Assembly: GCF_031769215.1 (NCBI RefSeq)
Contig: NW_026782030.1
Coordinates: forward strand, 62,001 to 126,000
DNA from: Ylistrum balloti
Taxonomy: Eukaryota
Direction of reading: 5' to 3'
DNA length: 64,000 bases
How positions within the stretch are numbered: position 1 is the stretch's first letter; each line of letters begins with the position of its first letter. Below are positions 39,901-64,000 of the stretch, one piece after another. The notes under the pieces were generated by a model that was not told where the DNA came from, ran no database searches, and saw only the letters and a program-made list of their open reading frames with translations. The translations under genes and the position numbers were made by a program.

Positions 39901-41816
39901 CTTGCCAGTAGCATACTAAAATCAATTGCTACTGATGTATTAAAATAAGCTTGTTCCAAAATACATCTTATGTTTTTGATTAGGATAAAAAGTGAGAATG
40001 CTAATTTTGATATTAAGTTTTGGCTAACTTCTTAGCGAGTTTTACAAGGTGTAGTGACTTGATATTTCATAAATTAGATGCTCAAGTAATTGACTATCAA
40101 GGTTGATAATGAATTTCCTTGACCCATTTTCAAGGTCACAGAGGTCCAGGATGTTAAAATCTGTAAATGACTTTTCAATAACCCAGATACACAGGGTGAT
40201 ATTTGGTCAGTAGCATACTGTGATAAATTACTATTGATAACAATAAGAAAAAAATTCTGTTGCGAGTCAACTTCCAGCATTAGTTTAAGGTCAAAGTTCA
40301 AAAGTGTACTTAAAGATAAACAAAGCTTTTTTCAGCAGTATGGTTACACATGTTGTATTCTTTTCATCATAAATGATAAAAAAGAACTTGAGGTTAAAAT
40401 TAGGTTAGTGATAAATTACCAAATCAGTCCTATCAGTGAAAATTCCGGCAAGTTGTTCAGTAACAGTTACTAGTATTTGAATTGTAACATTAACATGTAC
40501 CATATCCCAGATAATATATTGCAAAAATCAAGTGAAACCAAAACTGGCAGCAAAACATTTGCTGAAGTGGACTGTATGATTTGTTCTGCAGGGCTCTGTT
40601 GGTTTTAAGAACAAGAGAGAATCTACAGCTGTTGCTGCCCAGGTTGCTACAGTGGCTATCGCTAAGGTAAGTTATCACTCATGAGTTGCCATATATACAG
40701 CAGGCCAGCACAGTATCAGTCAGTTGTCACCACAATAACACATGATAAGGTAGATTTAACACTATAACAGGTCACTATTTAATGAAGGTTTTATTACTGA
40801 AAAGTGATATTTTATCCTGTTCTGACATTGAATTTTTCCTTACTGTTGTTCTGTCAGCTTTATTTTTAGCCCAACATTTATTTGTAAGATCATTGGACAC
40901 CAGTACTAAGATAATACAATAAATTTATAATTGACATTTTAATGTCAATTAAGATTGCTACACTAGGATTGGTTATTGATCAGACACGTACTCAATTTCA
41001 TGACACTCTGATGACTGTAAAGTTAACATTTATCTGTTGCTGAACAGGAGGCAAAGAGAGAAGGGATGTATGCTGTACGTGTAGCTCTGAACGGTATTGG
41101 ATTAGGAAGAGAGGTATGTAACAGCTTTCATGAATCATTACTGTAAATTGTAGATGACAGTCATTTTTAAAAACATTTCCAATTTATGTAACATTATTAT
41201 CACAGCGATTAATCTAGACAAAAACCACAGGAAAAGGGCAGTAATCCCCTAATGGTATGTTTTCCCCATATATATAAACACATCCCCTATCAAGAAAATA
41301 GGCTGAAAACAAGGGGAATATCCCCAAAATAGAGTTGATAAGTATACTTTTACTTATCAAAATTTTCAAATAATATTATCATGAAAAAGAAATGTCAGTC
41401 AATACTCATCATTGTTGTATTTCATTCATGTTATCTTATGTATGTCATATGTTTTTACCCACTCTATCTTTTGAATTCTGACCAAAAGGCTGTATGAAAT
41501 TTCTCCATTTCCACCACATTCTAGATTAACGTATATGTGTCAGGGTTTCTTTCTTATCCTTGTGCTAATTAAATGACCTGAGTCAAAAATATCAAAATCT
41601 GGAGAGTTAATATTAATATGAGCTACATCTCATGTGTGATTTTTGTTTCTGCTAAATCAGCTTTGTTCTAAATGGTAGGCAGATTGTATATAACCCTTTA
41701 ATTTTCAGGCTGGCCTGAAAGCATTGGTTACTGCGGGAATTTCAGTAGTTTCAATAACAGACGTCACCCCCACACCATTCAATGGCAATAGACCACAAAA
41801 GAGAAGATCCATGTAA
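36943..41816 (+). CDS. MRPS11: Mitochondrial ribosomal protein uS11m (216 aa)
   Basis: 7 coding exons: 36943-37036 (Arg-rich presequence-like), 37802-37958, 39150-39274 (YKDLPVVHIKASANNFRITL), 39549-39574, 40592-40666 (GSVGFKNKRESTAVAAQ), 41048-41113 (VRVALNGIGLGRE), 41709-41816 (SITDVTPTPFNGNRPQKRRSM, TAA). These are S11-family signatures. Confidence 0.9.
39735..40230 (+). repeat. Tandemly duplicated unit of about 310 bp of a mollusc-type interspersed repeat (MRPS11 intron)
   Basis: GACTTGATATTTCATAA...CTATCAAGGTTG...AAGGTCACAG(T/A)GGTC...ATGTTAA occurs at about 39745 and 40055. Confidence 0.6.
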
Positions 41817-41964
41817 CAAAGTGAAGGTATAAATTGTTTTGTGTACATTGTGCACTTTCATGGAGACATGCATATAGTAAAAATAGTTAGGAACATTATG
41901 CATGTTTGTGTTTTGCAAATTAGAAGAATATTTATGTGATTGTATATTACCTTGGAGATAAAAG

Positions 41965-42170
41965 CCCATCAAGATCTCATCACCTGATACCTATTAAGGT
42001 CTCTTGATCTCGTCACCCCACAAAGATACAAGTCACTTGATTTTGTTACCCCACAAATATTCAGGTCACTTTATCTCGTCACCTCACAAATACACAGGTC
42101 ACTTTATCTCGTCACCTCACAAATATTCAGGTCACTTTATCTCGTCACCTCACAAATACACAGGTCACTG
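41965..42170 (+). repeat. 33-bp minisatellite (about 6 units)
   Basis: Unit GTCACTTTATCTCGTCACCTCACAAATACACAG. Confidence 0.85.
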
Positions 42171-45100
42171 CTCCTGAATTTTGGCCACCTCCTAGTGGAT
42201 CTGGTATCTATACCAATTCGTCAGTTCTCCATTTTTAGAAATATTTTGCATTGACAGTAGACTGTGGGATAGGTTTTGTTTTTTCTTATCTCATCTTGTG
42301 TAATAATCGTCAATCCAAGGCAATACACTGTTCTTGGTACAACAGGCCCACCCATGCAATAAGTCGCATGTGCATAAAAAGTGACGTGTTCATTCCCAAT
42401 TGACGTCACCACTGATATGTGTACAACATATACACAAGTGTAAAAATAGTCATTTGCATTGACTATTTATATTTTGTTTTGATTTTCAAGTACAAACTTT
42501 GTTTACAAAACCTAGGTTACTGAGAATTCATTTTCTTTATCAACTTGTCGATTAATTTTATGATAGAAATAAGTTATTTTTGCATAATATGGCATCCTTG
42601 GTAGTACATTGTCAATGTCTGATATTTTTCGAATATTTCAGAATGAGAGAAAAATACTCTTTTGTATAAGAAGGTAAAGGAAGGGATATTTCATTCTCGA
42701 GGTCACAAAATGTAGTGAAACCCTCAGGTTTTAAGACATTTTAATGTGACCCCTTGGGAGGAAAATCCTTATCCGACACCCTGACACATGAAAGAGTCTT
42801 ATAACATAATAAGTTGTACCTTGTATTAACCAGTGAGAGACTGTAAATTACATGCCAATATATAGTTGTATTCTTCAATTGATATCATTGATATTAATTA
42901 GCAGACTTGTATCTAATTAACTGATTATGACTAGATTCGTATTCCTTAATTTTCTTACATATAATTGACATGTTCTTGTCTCACTGTACTGTTGAATACA
43001 GTTCTCCTGAGATGTTTAAAAGAAATCTTTTTGATATTATATTCTTGTTAAGGTTTTAGTGATAGAATTAAATCATCAGTTATGGTTAAGATTTATAGAA
43101 AATGTCTGTAATAAAATGATGATACAAAAAATATATTTGTTTTAACTTTTTTTTTCAGGCAATCTAAGAACTACATCATGACATCAGCAGAATATGGACA
43201 GAAAATATTGATGTACAACTTTAATCGTAATAGTTATTTACCATCTTATCTCAATTGTACATTTTATGTATAATAAACTGAATGTTTAAATGAATTCTAA
43301 CGAATCAAGTGATTTATGAATATATATTTACATTGGATGTCATACCTTCTAACACAACAGATGATTCATTGATAGAACATCAGATATTGCAACCACTGAT
43401 GAAGATTAGAGATATGTGCTTCAGATTTCTACCTGTGAGAGCTGAGACATGTGCTTCAGATTTCTACCTGTGAGAGCTGAGGTCTTTGATCACTGTACAC
43501 TGTCATGGTTGTGTCCTGGGACAAGACTTTATTCTAATTACTTTGGGTAGTGTGTAGTGTATCTCTAACATGATCATGTTCAGTGAGGCAGCCACCAGCT
43601 TCTACTATGAGACTCGATCTTAACAAGACCATGTACATTCACGGAGCTATGATTACCAAACAAACTATAAACATATCACAAAGATACCAAAAAGTATTTA
43701 TAGAAGGTATATCTTACACATAATTAGTATACTCTGAAGAGTTATTTCGATGGTACCTACCTGCTAAGTGATTTTTTTTTTTTTGAACATGACAAAACAT
43801 GAATAAACTTTTACACCTGACAAATTTATTTGTACATATTTTACAACAACATTTAGTTAGTTCCATGGCCATTTAAGTTAAAACAAACAGGTCTTTCACC
43901 ATTATCATAAGTTGTATACAAGCCAAGTAACTTTCTTAATAAGAGCTATATATGAATCATGCATCCTAGGACAATTTATTAAGGGAGCTGCACTTTCTCC
44001 CTAATACTTAAAGCTTTAAATTGATGGAATAATCAGCTGCACGATCAGGCATCTATATACATAAGCACATAAAATAAAAGGAAAAAGCAATGATAAAATT
44101 TATGGAAACAACACCAACTTTTTTTTTGTACATGTAAATTTTTATCTGCGACTGACATAATGCTATATTGACTGAAATTAAAGGTCCTTAATCTTTATAT
44201 TACCTCATATATACCAAAAGTTTGCTCATTGCCTTGAAAATGTTCATCATTCAGAAATATACATAATACAAAATAATCATTGCCAACAAATTTGTTAATT
44301 TTCTTAACAGAGTATAGAAATTCTAAAACCTTTTAAGCTATACTATGCCTGGAGTAGAATATCACAAATTATCTTTTAGCTAAAGATGTATATATTCCGC
44401 AGTCCATATGGTCCAACTATTCTAAATTAAGAAACATGGAGTCCATATGTTCCACCTGTTCTGAATTTATGAACATGGAGTCGTTATGGTATATATCTAC
44501 CGGCACATCATCTACAATGGAAAATCTGGACTGATATCTAATATTATGCAAACAGCAGAGTTAAATAAATATAACCAATTTTTCAGTAGAATTGTAATAT
44601 CACATGGTAATTTGTATTTCATCTTAAAACTTAATTCTAATAATTGTCAACGCACTATAATGCAGTTATGATGAAATAAATGAGATTTCGTATTGGAAAT
44701 TGAGCGCCTGAAACAGTGCAACTGTTGGAGACAATATTGCAGATGTCCTTGAGATATCATAACTACTTGCCCAAACTTGCTAGCTTTAAATGATTTCGTA
44801 AATCAGCAGGTTTTAGTGTTTTTTTACTATATAAAATAATATCAACAAATTGAAGTTATTTACACTGGGTCAACATCAGCATATTTTTTCAAAGAAATGT
44901 ATGTTTGAAAAATATGAATAACTGAAAAACTAAATTTGTTTGGTACTAAAAATGTACACCCATTATTACATTGCATTACTGTGGGAAAAAATGAGTTCAT
45001 TTATTTGGAATCCACTCTTAATGTATACAAACTTGTCTGATAATGATTACAGTGACAGAAATTCATCATAATTAGTTTTCCATTTTTTTTAAAAAATTTG

Positions 45101-46357
45101 TTTCCAGCAGTCTCTTTAATTTGTTCCTGTATCTTTGGTATTTTGTAGGCTATGTAGAAAGTGTCTTTGTAATTGCAGTTATCATTGTTTCATCATATGA
45201 CATGTACTTATGAACAAGTTGATACCTTTCCCCAATTACGTCATTGCTGATAAAGAGTTACTTTTTACTGTATACCTAGACACACGAGTTGCATATATCT
45301 ACATTCAGACATGTAATACAATGTTTAATGCTGTTTAAATAATTTTCTGGTTTAATTTGTCATAGAAAAATTGTGATCGAGCTCTCATCAACTAAACTTA
45401 TCATCATGGATGCCAAGTTAGTTATTTCATTCATAGTTATCACCCAGTTTTAATGTACGTCTTTCAAAATCAATTTTAAAAAAAACTTGGTGTGTAATTT
45501 CTCGGTTTTGAAATACGTAGGTACCTAGCATTGGTCTTTTTTTAAACAATTTGATATGACAATAAAATTGCAAAGGTAAGAATTAGACTTTAAAATTTCT
45601 GTATGATATGTACGACTTGTATGTAATCTAGGAAAAGTTATTGAATGTCTTGCGTTTTAGCTTCATTTGAATACTTAATTCAATAAGCCCTTTTAATATT
45701 CAAATGAATATAAATACATCATGGAGTAAACATTACTTCTACTAGATCCTACATATGAATAATTAAAAAAAAAATCAGAACAGATCTTTCTGATATGTAT
45801 AACTTCAAAAATAAATGTATTTTTCTATATCGTATACAACTATTACACAAAACAATCTTCAAATTAGCAAAAAATAGATATTAATAAATGATTGCATCAT
45901 CATAGTTTTACAAGCAACAAATTCATGTATCAATGTTTAGACATTATAGAAATACTAAACACAACAGGACGGATTAAAACTGACACACTTATATCACAAT
46001 TGTAAGTTAAAGGTCAATATAGGTATGTTATAAAGGTCAAACACCCTTTAACAAGTCACCAATTCACCAAACATATACATATTGTCTCTCAACCTCCGTT
46101 GGCACACCCAGGACTTTGCTCATCACAGAATGGTCCAAGATGGCTAAGTGACAGTGCTGTCTATGCGTAATGACTCTAAGAGCCTGCTATTGAAATGTAT
46201 TGCCCAAGTTACACTAAATCCAAATCTCTTAAGAATTTATCCACGCTGGTTGATGGCTGTTTCCAGTCCACCACAGGCCTGGCACAGCATTGTTTATAAG
46301 AGAGAGTTGACCTGGATAGGACATCAACAGCATTTGTTCCTGATGTAAGATGCTGTG

Positions 46358-58430
<12,073 letters not shown>

Positions 58431-58439
58431 GGTTACGCC

Positions 58440-58800
58440 AGGCGTATGTTTGACAGCCCACCTGAAAAGAGTGCCAGTGTCTACCAATGGATTGTTGTTA
58501 TCACGTGACCTAATTAAAAAGGAGCTCTCCAGATAAATGTTGGCACCGATCATGATTATGTGTAAAATGTGCCTTGATAAAAGCATTATATGTTTGTTGA
58601 AATATTGAACTATTGAATGTATATAGAACCCACATTATATACAACATAATAATTAAAACGAATATCGAAAGATAAAATAATTGCAAATTCCGGAAAACGT
58701 TTCTAATTTTAGCAATTATAATTTATTTCCGGACAAGAAAAACTGCAAGAAGAGGTGCGAGATTAGGTAAGGATACTATATCCGTCACTTGAATATTTTG
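58440..58800. promoter_or_regulatory. Putative shared promoter region of CaMK4 paralog B and SNUPN
   Basis: CpG-rich zone just upstream of the B ATG. The SNUPN ATG exon starts at an acceptor (AG 61508-61509). A candidate non-coding first-exon donor is GATTAG|GTAAGG at 58766/58767. Confidence 0.4.
58493..58508 (-). promoter_or_regulatory. E-box-containing proximal element of paralog B (TCACGTGATAACAACA)
   Basis: About 70 nt upstream of the B start codon. Matches the A element at 15/16 positions. Confidence 0.55.
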
Positions 58801-59514
58801 AAAATATGTTGCAACATACCTATCAAGCATCATATAGAGTATTCAGGTGCTCTTTTTATTAAACCGTGCCTTGGTTCAAGATTTGAGCATTAGTTTTACT
58901 GTTTCAACACGATTTGGACCTGTTCGGCGGTCTTGGTGCACATTATGGATTTTAGTGCGCCGTCACGCGGTTAGAATTCATTCCATATATCTTGAAATGC
59001 TTGCATTTTCTGGAGTTGTATTTCCTAGAGATATCCATATTTTTCTAAAAGAGGTTGATTTACAGCCACAATACTAATTTGTCCTCGTTTTACAGCAACA
59101 AATTGAGTGTCACCAGTTTTGACGAATTTCACACGTACTTATTTCGTATATAACTTATATCAAACAGGACTTCAAAAAAGTATTTATAGTGTCCCTCTTT
59201 TGTGAAATATGCAACATTAACATTTTTTGTAATTAATATTACATTTACACAGTGTGACAATTATTGTCACTTCAGATATACGTGTTTATTAATATTTCAA
59301 TAGATATGCATCTACTTTCGTATCTAATTTTACTAACACTGGTAAAATAACAAGCTTTCTTAAATACATTTTTGCCTTAACAAGTTGCTTAATGTGTTTT
59401 AATTCAGATATGCATAGATATACCACTTAGCATAGATTGGTAGAAGCAGGTCAATATGGCTCATTTGTTTTTTAGTGTTAATTATGGTCTCTTGTCACTT
59501 AACTGACAGAGCAT

Positions 59515-59587
59515 GCTTCTTTGGCTCAGTTGGCAGAGCTGGTTGATTATAATGTCAAAGATCTGAGTTCAATTTCTGACAGGGGCA
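59515..59587 (+). mobile_element. Degenerate tRNA-like unit (73 nt), SINE-like repeat copy 1
   Basis: GCTTCTTTGGCTCAGTTGGCAGAGC...GAGTTCAATTTCTGACAGGGGCA: A box, B box and partial acceptor pairing, but the stems are broken. Confidence 0.55.
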
Positions 59588-59771
59588 CTCAACAGGAATA
59601 TGTATTTTCCATGTTCTGTTATGTTGCCATATAATAAAATCCCACAAGTTGTAGTATTTGGACTCTGGTTGAGATTTAGTAAATATAGAAAAAAAGGGAA
59701 ATAATGTAAAAAGAGTGGGTCAGAGCAGAGACGTATATATATTGTGTTATATATGTCTCTGGTCAGAGCAT

Positions 59772-59844
59772 GCTTCTTTGGCTCAATTGGCAGAGTTGGT
59801 CAATTATCATGCCGGAGATCAGAGTTTGGTTCGTGGCAGGGGTA
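59772..59844 (+). mobile_element. Degenerate tRNA-like unit (73 nt), SINE-like repeat copy 2
   Basis: Homologous to 59515-59587, 257 bp downstream, with the same flanks (CAGAGCAT...ACT(C/T)AAC(A/T)GGAAT). Confidence 0.55.
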
Positions 59845-60090
59845 CTTAACTGGAATGTGTATTTTCACTATTCTGTTACATAATAGACAATGCATAAGAT
59901 AATCTATCTGTACAGTCCATTAACTACAGTAGCTGATGTAACTGCATGGATGAGTATCTCTGCCCATGTACCAACGTAAGTCACAACAAATATGATCAGG
60001 TGACAGCTCATTGAACCCTCAATGCTTGTTACATTTTGTGGCAGCAAACAGGCCTGGTATGCTGAAGGGTGCCCCCCAACATGGGAAGGA

Positions 60091-60290
60091 GGGTGGTCGG
60101 GTGACGCCATGGTATCACACTCACCTTTCACCAAGCCGTCCGGGGGGTTAAATTCACAAAACTGATGTGAAAGGTATTGGGGTCGCCTTCCCAACCAAGT
60201 CAATTTTCATGTGTACTCTGGTTTCCTCGCACAGTGAGACCCTTGCAAGCACTTCCATCCAGCACAACAATAGTGATTAGTATAAGCTGA
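60091..60290 (+). mobile_element. tRNA-derived SINE (same family as 55749-55935)
   Basis: GGGTGGTCGGGTG...CACACTCACCTTTCACC...GTACTCTGGTTTCCTCGCACAGTGAGACCC...GTGATTAGTATAAGC. Confidence 0.6.
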
Positions 60291-61536
60291 TAGCATGTTT
60301 CGCATTTACTGTAAGATAAATAAAGTTTACATTTGATCATACAGTATTGGAAACCTAATGACTTGTTGGGCACTAGGCACACTGCGTGTACTAATTTTGA
60401 GGCGTCAACACTATTACAAGACACAGACATTGTATATGTTGAGTATTGAACCCATGAGAGCATATATATTGGTAACAGCTCATTATAACACTGCTGTACA
60501 TTACAGTATATACAAGTTAGTGATTTTCTCCAAACTGAACACTAACTATAACATGAACCACAGTCTCCATTATGGAAAGTAATGTCAATGCAAGCAGTCA
60601 TTCTTCATGCATCATGTCTCAGGTATGCAGTAATTACTAGTATTAAGTTGAAGTGTGTAAATGTCAAATTGTCACATTGATTTGCTTCAAAAGAATGGCT
60701 ATTTTATCTTTCATGTGTGAAGTATGTGAGATACTTTGAAACAAAAATAAAACAAAATAAAAATAAACAAAAAAAGATGCTATTGACATTATTAAACTGC
60801 ATAGATATTAGTGCAATATCACTTTTAAACAAATTAGCCCAGTGATGAAATTGCCCATTCACAATATTACATTTATGTATTATAGTACAAACTCCAGTTA
60901 GTGCAGTTATATTTTTACTGTTTAAATATGATTACCGCTACAATATGTACATTTACAGTAAATGTTTCAATGTTCTGTGATACAGAGTAAGTTTTTGGTT
61001 TACAATATTTTCTGTTACTTTATATTAAACTGTTGCTTTTTATGTCTGGAGTTGAAGGTCATTGTAACTGCAATTATAACTGATCAATATATCTCAGTTC
61101 TATCGGACAGATTGGGTGATTGTTTGGATTGATAATTGCAGTTAGGAGACATGCATATGTTTTTCTTTTTGTTGGATTCCCACCATTTAATAATCCATTC
61201 TAATGTTCAGTTAGAGAACCCATTGAATCTTTAAATGGTAGGGAAATAATGACATGCCTGAATTAACATTACAGGTGCATTTGACAGATTTGCTAAGCAT
61301 CATTTACATATTGTGGAACCTCTGTTCTATATTTTTTCGGATATTTAAGAATTAAAAGTAATGTAACAGAGTCATAAAATGGAAATGAATATATTATGAC
61401 GTAGAACAATATCTTGGCTTCTGACTTCCTTGAAATATCAAAATTAACATACATCTGCAATCGAATCATGAGAAAAATGGTCTTTTTCTTTGGGTTTAGG
61501 TTTTTATAGTTGTGACGTTTGGATTCAGACATAAAC

Positions 61537-63775
61537 ATGGATGCACTAACAGCACAACTTGCAGCTGACTTCTCTGTAAGCAGTGATCCTAACAGCACTG
61601 CAGCACAACATCCCAGATTTTCACAATACAAGTCCCGCGGGGATGCACTAGATCAGAACACACGCCGATCAAGAATTCTCAAGGCACAGAAAAGGTAGGT
61701 GTTTTCTGTTTAAATTCACTATAGATTCTAGTGCTTGGTTGTGATCAGGCATAGTGGAAAATATTGTATGTATCTTGTTACTCTACATACTTTAAGTTTT
61801 TGTGCCTACTCTAAACATTATATTGCAATTTTCAAGGTCACGCTGTCACAGTTTGTTAGCATTTCTTCTATTGAGCTTTTAAAAACATGGAAGTTTACCT
61901 ACCTTGCCACCAATTGCAATTTTTCAGCAAACAAATTTATATATTTGCTTGTCATAAGGTTGTCCAATTTGTGATATGTTTTCATATTTTCTGCTCTTAC
62001 AGGGTCAGTATATTTAATTTACATATGTATGTACCACTTCTGTTGAAAGTTTATGTAACTAAAATATGATAATATGTAGCCAATGTTGACTGAGGTGAGT
62101 TTCATTCTAAGGAGAAGTTATGGGTAACTTTAAGGTACATGCCAGAAGTATTAAAATCCCCGTCTGAAATTGCGATGGCACAGCCAAAATTTTGTTGTGT
62201 TGTCAGCTTAAATTTTAAGTAATTAACTTGTTTGTGCCAATTATTGAGCATGTTCATTAAACAACTGGTTTTACAGTGATGTACACTGTACAGCTAGCTA
62301 CAGTTGTGTGACCACCAATCTTACTGTAAAAGCATTTTTTCACAGTGAGGACTACTGTTTGGAAAAAAAACCCTAAAATGTCAAATCAGTTATTTAATAA
62401 CAATTTCATCATTTATCAGATTCAAATACCAAGAAATCTGTAACTTTTATCAATACATTGGCATATATTTTTTAAGGGGATATCATTCTGTAGGTATGTT
62501 TTAAAGAAGGACTTGGAATAGAATAATTTTATTTTTAAGTTAACAACAACTTCTCTGTATTATTCCTTTAATTAAAGCATGATAATCTGGTTTATGAGTT
62601 GTCATTCCTCATTTAACTTATAGCAAAATCATCAAATCATCCTCTCTCAAAACTGAATCAACTTCAGGTTTCCCTGTTAGAATGTAATGGTTTATGAATG
62701 GTTGAATTTTAGACAAAGGTTTGATTTCCTTTGCCACATCCGCTGCCTGTCAGAAGACACATGGGATAAGGCTGATGCAGAGTCTGTAGCCTCTAATGAC
62801 AGCATGGAGGTACAAATGGAGGGGCAGGAAGTGAAACTCAGAAAGCCAGGAAGAAACTACAAAAATCAGGTATTCTTACATAGACATTATCTCTTAGTTG
62901 CTGAGGTAGCGTAACTTGGCAATCTCCCAACTGAATCTGGATAATCAAAATAGTGTGAAATAAAGAAAGAAAAAAACATGAGAACAAAGTCCATAAATTT
63001 TGATTTAAGGTTGTTAAACTCCAAAAGAGCTGGCTGTTTTGCATCACTACATTGTCAGTCATTTGTGATACCTAAAATTTGTCAGTAAGTGACCGTCTCA
63101 TTCATCTGTGGACACATCTTTATATTATCATTCTGAATGTACAATGTAATTATGCTGTAACTATGAGTGTTATTTTGGGATCCAAATGACTTTGAAAGTT
63201 ACATTCGATTACTTTTTAGGTGCAATTTGATGAAAATTGCTTTTCTTGTGAAGAAGGTCAAGGTCATCATTTGTTAAAAATTGTCATACCTTGAAATTTC
63301 ATTTCCATTACTTACATGGAGATGCTGTGATTTTCATTAAGTTTTTATAAAATATTCCTGCATCAAATGATTACTTATATGCCTGTTTGACTCTTACCCA
63401 TATTTAGATTTTAGTATAAACACCAATGAATATTTCTTTATTGGAAACTGCATATGTTTTAAATGACCATTGTATATCTACAGCTGATCATAAAAGTGAC
63501 ACATCCATTTCTGTTGAAGTGAAGTACTTTTCTGTCAATGTGACAGTTTAGTTCCTATCTTACCAAAACAACTCAAGCATTTTGCATTTTTATTGTATTT
63601 TGATAAAGACTTAACTGTGAATGGAATTAGTATTTTTGAAGAAAGATACAAATCTAAATTGTCGTTTCAGTTAATGATGTCTGAGTGGTTAGTAGAGGTG
63701 CCAGACGATTTCGCAGAATCATGGTGTACAGTTATTTGCCCTTGGGGAAAGAGATGTCTAGTTGTTGCATCAAGG
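61537..63775 (+). CDS. SNUPN: Snurportin-1, 5' exons (gene continues beyond the window)
   Basis: Exons 61537-61694 (MDALTAQLAADFSVSSDPNSTAAQHPRFSQYK; importin-beta-binding domain), 62713-62869 and 63671-63775 (LMMSEWLVEVPDDFAESWCTVICPWGKRCLVVASR). Phases are consistent and the last exon ends in a GTAAGT donor. Confidence 0.9.
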
Positions 63776-64000
63776 GTAAGTAAAAATTACAGAACAGTAA
63801 TAAGGAAAAGGTAAAAGAAAAGATGGAAAATGCAAAAAAAAAGGCAATTTTGATTATGGTGTACACTTAATTGGCAATCAGTCACTCTTTGATTTTATGC
63901 TTCATATATATCCTGTTTAAAAAATTAAAAGAGGTCCTACATATTATCTCTGACTCAAAGTCGTTGAGTTAGAGGATGAACATATTATCGGACATTGATA

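Noticed and set aside
43360-43480. Possible C/D-box snoRNA (ATGATT...CTGATGA...CTGA)
   Set aside because: Imperfect C box, no terminal stem, and the segment is a 35-bp tandem duplication.
58433-58586. In-frame 5' extension of the kinase B ORF from the ORF track
   Set aside because: It starts at a non-ATG codon; the ATG at 58430 matches paralog A's exon-1 length (98 nt) exactly.

Overview
AT-rich, intron-rich metazoan genomic DNA. The repeat families resemble those of bivalve molluscs (inference). Exon chains were built by hand from GT-AG sites and phase continuity. Six protein-coding genes are supported: (1) a secreted PAN/Apple + F-type lectin (fucolectin) gene, + strand, 4855-11908, with one unresolved junction; (2) a divergent CaMKIV-like paralog A, + strand, 14839-22412, 12 exons, intact ORF but HRD>HYD, DFG>DFA, CGT>CES and APE>PPE; (3) FBXW5, - strand, 26445-33758; (4) MRPS11, + strand, 36943-41816; (5) a canonical CaMKIV-like paralog B, - strand, 46358-58430, with the same 11 intron positions as A; (6) the 5' part of SNUPN, + strand, 61537 to beyond the window. 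The main observations are the inverted CaMKIV pair flanking FBXW5/MRPS11, a 16-bp upstream element shared by both kinases, a sharp CpG-rich versus CpG-depleted contrast between them, and two decayed Penelope-type hammerhead-like elements. The window also holds several minisatellites, tRNA-derived SINEs, DNA-transposon remnants and a LINE RT fragment. No CRISPR, rRNA or clearly intact tRNA gene is seen.
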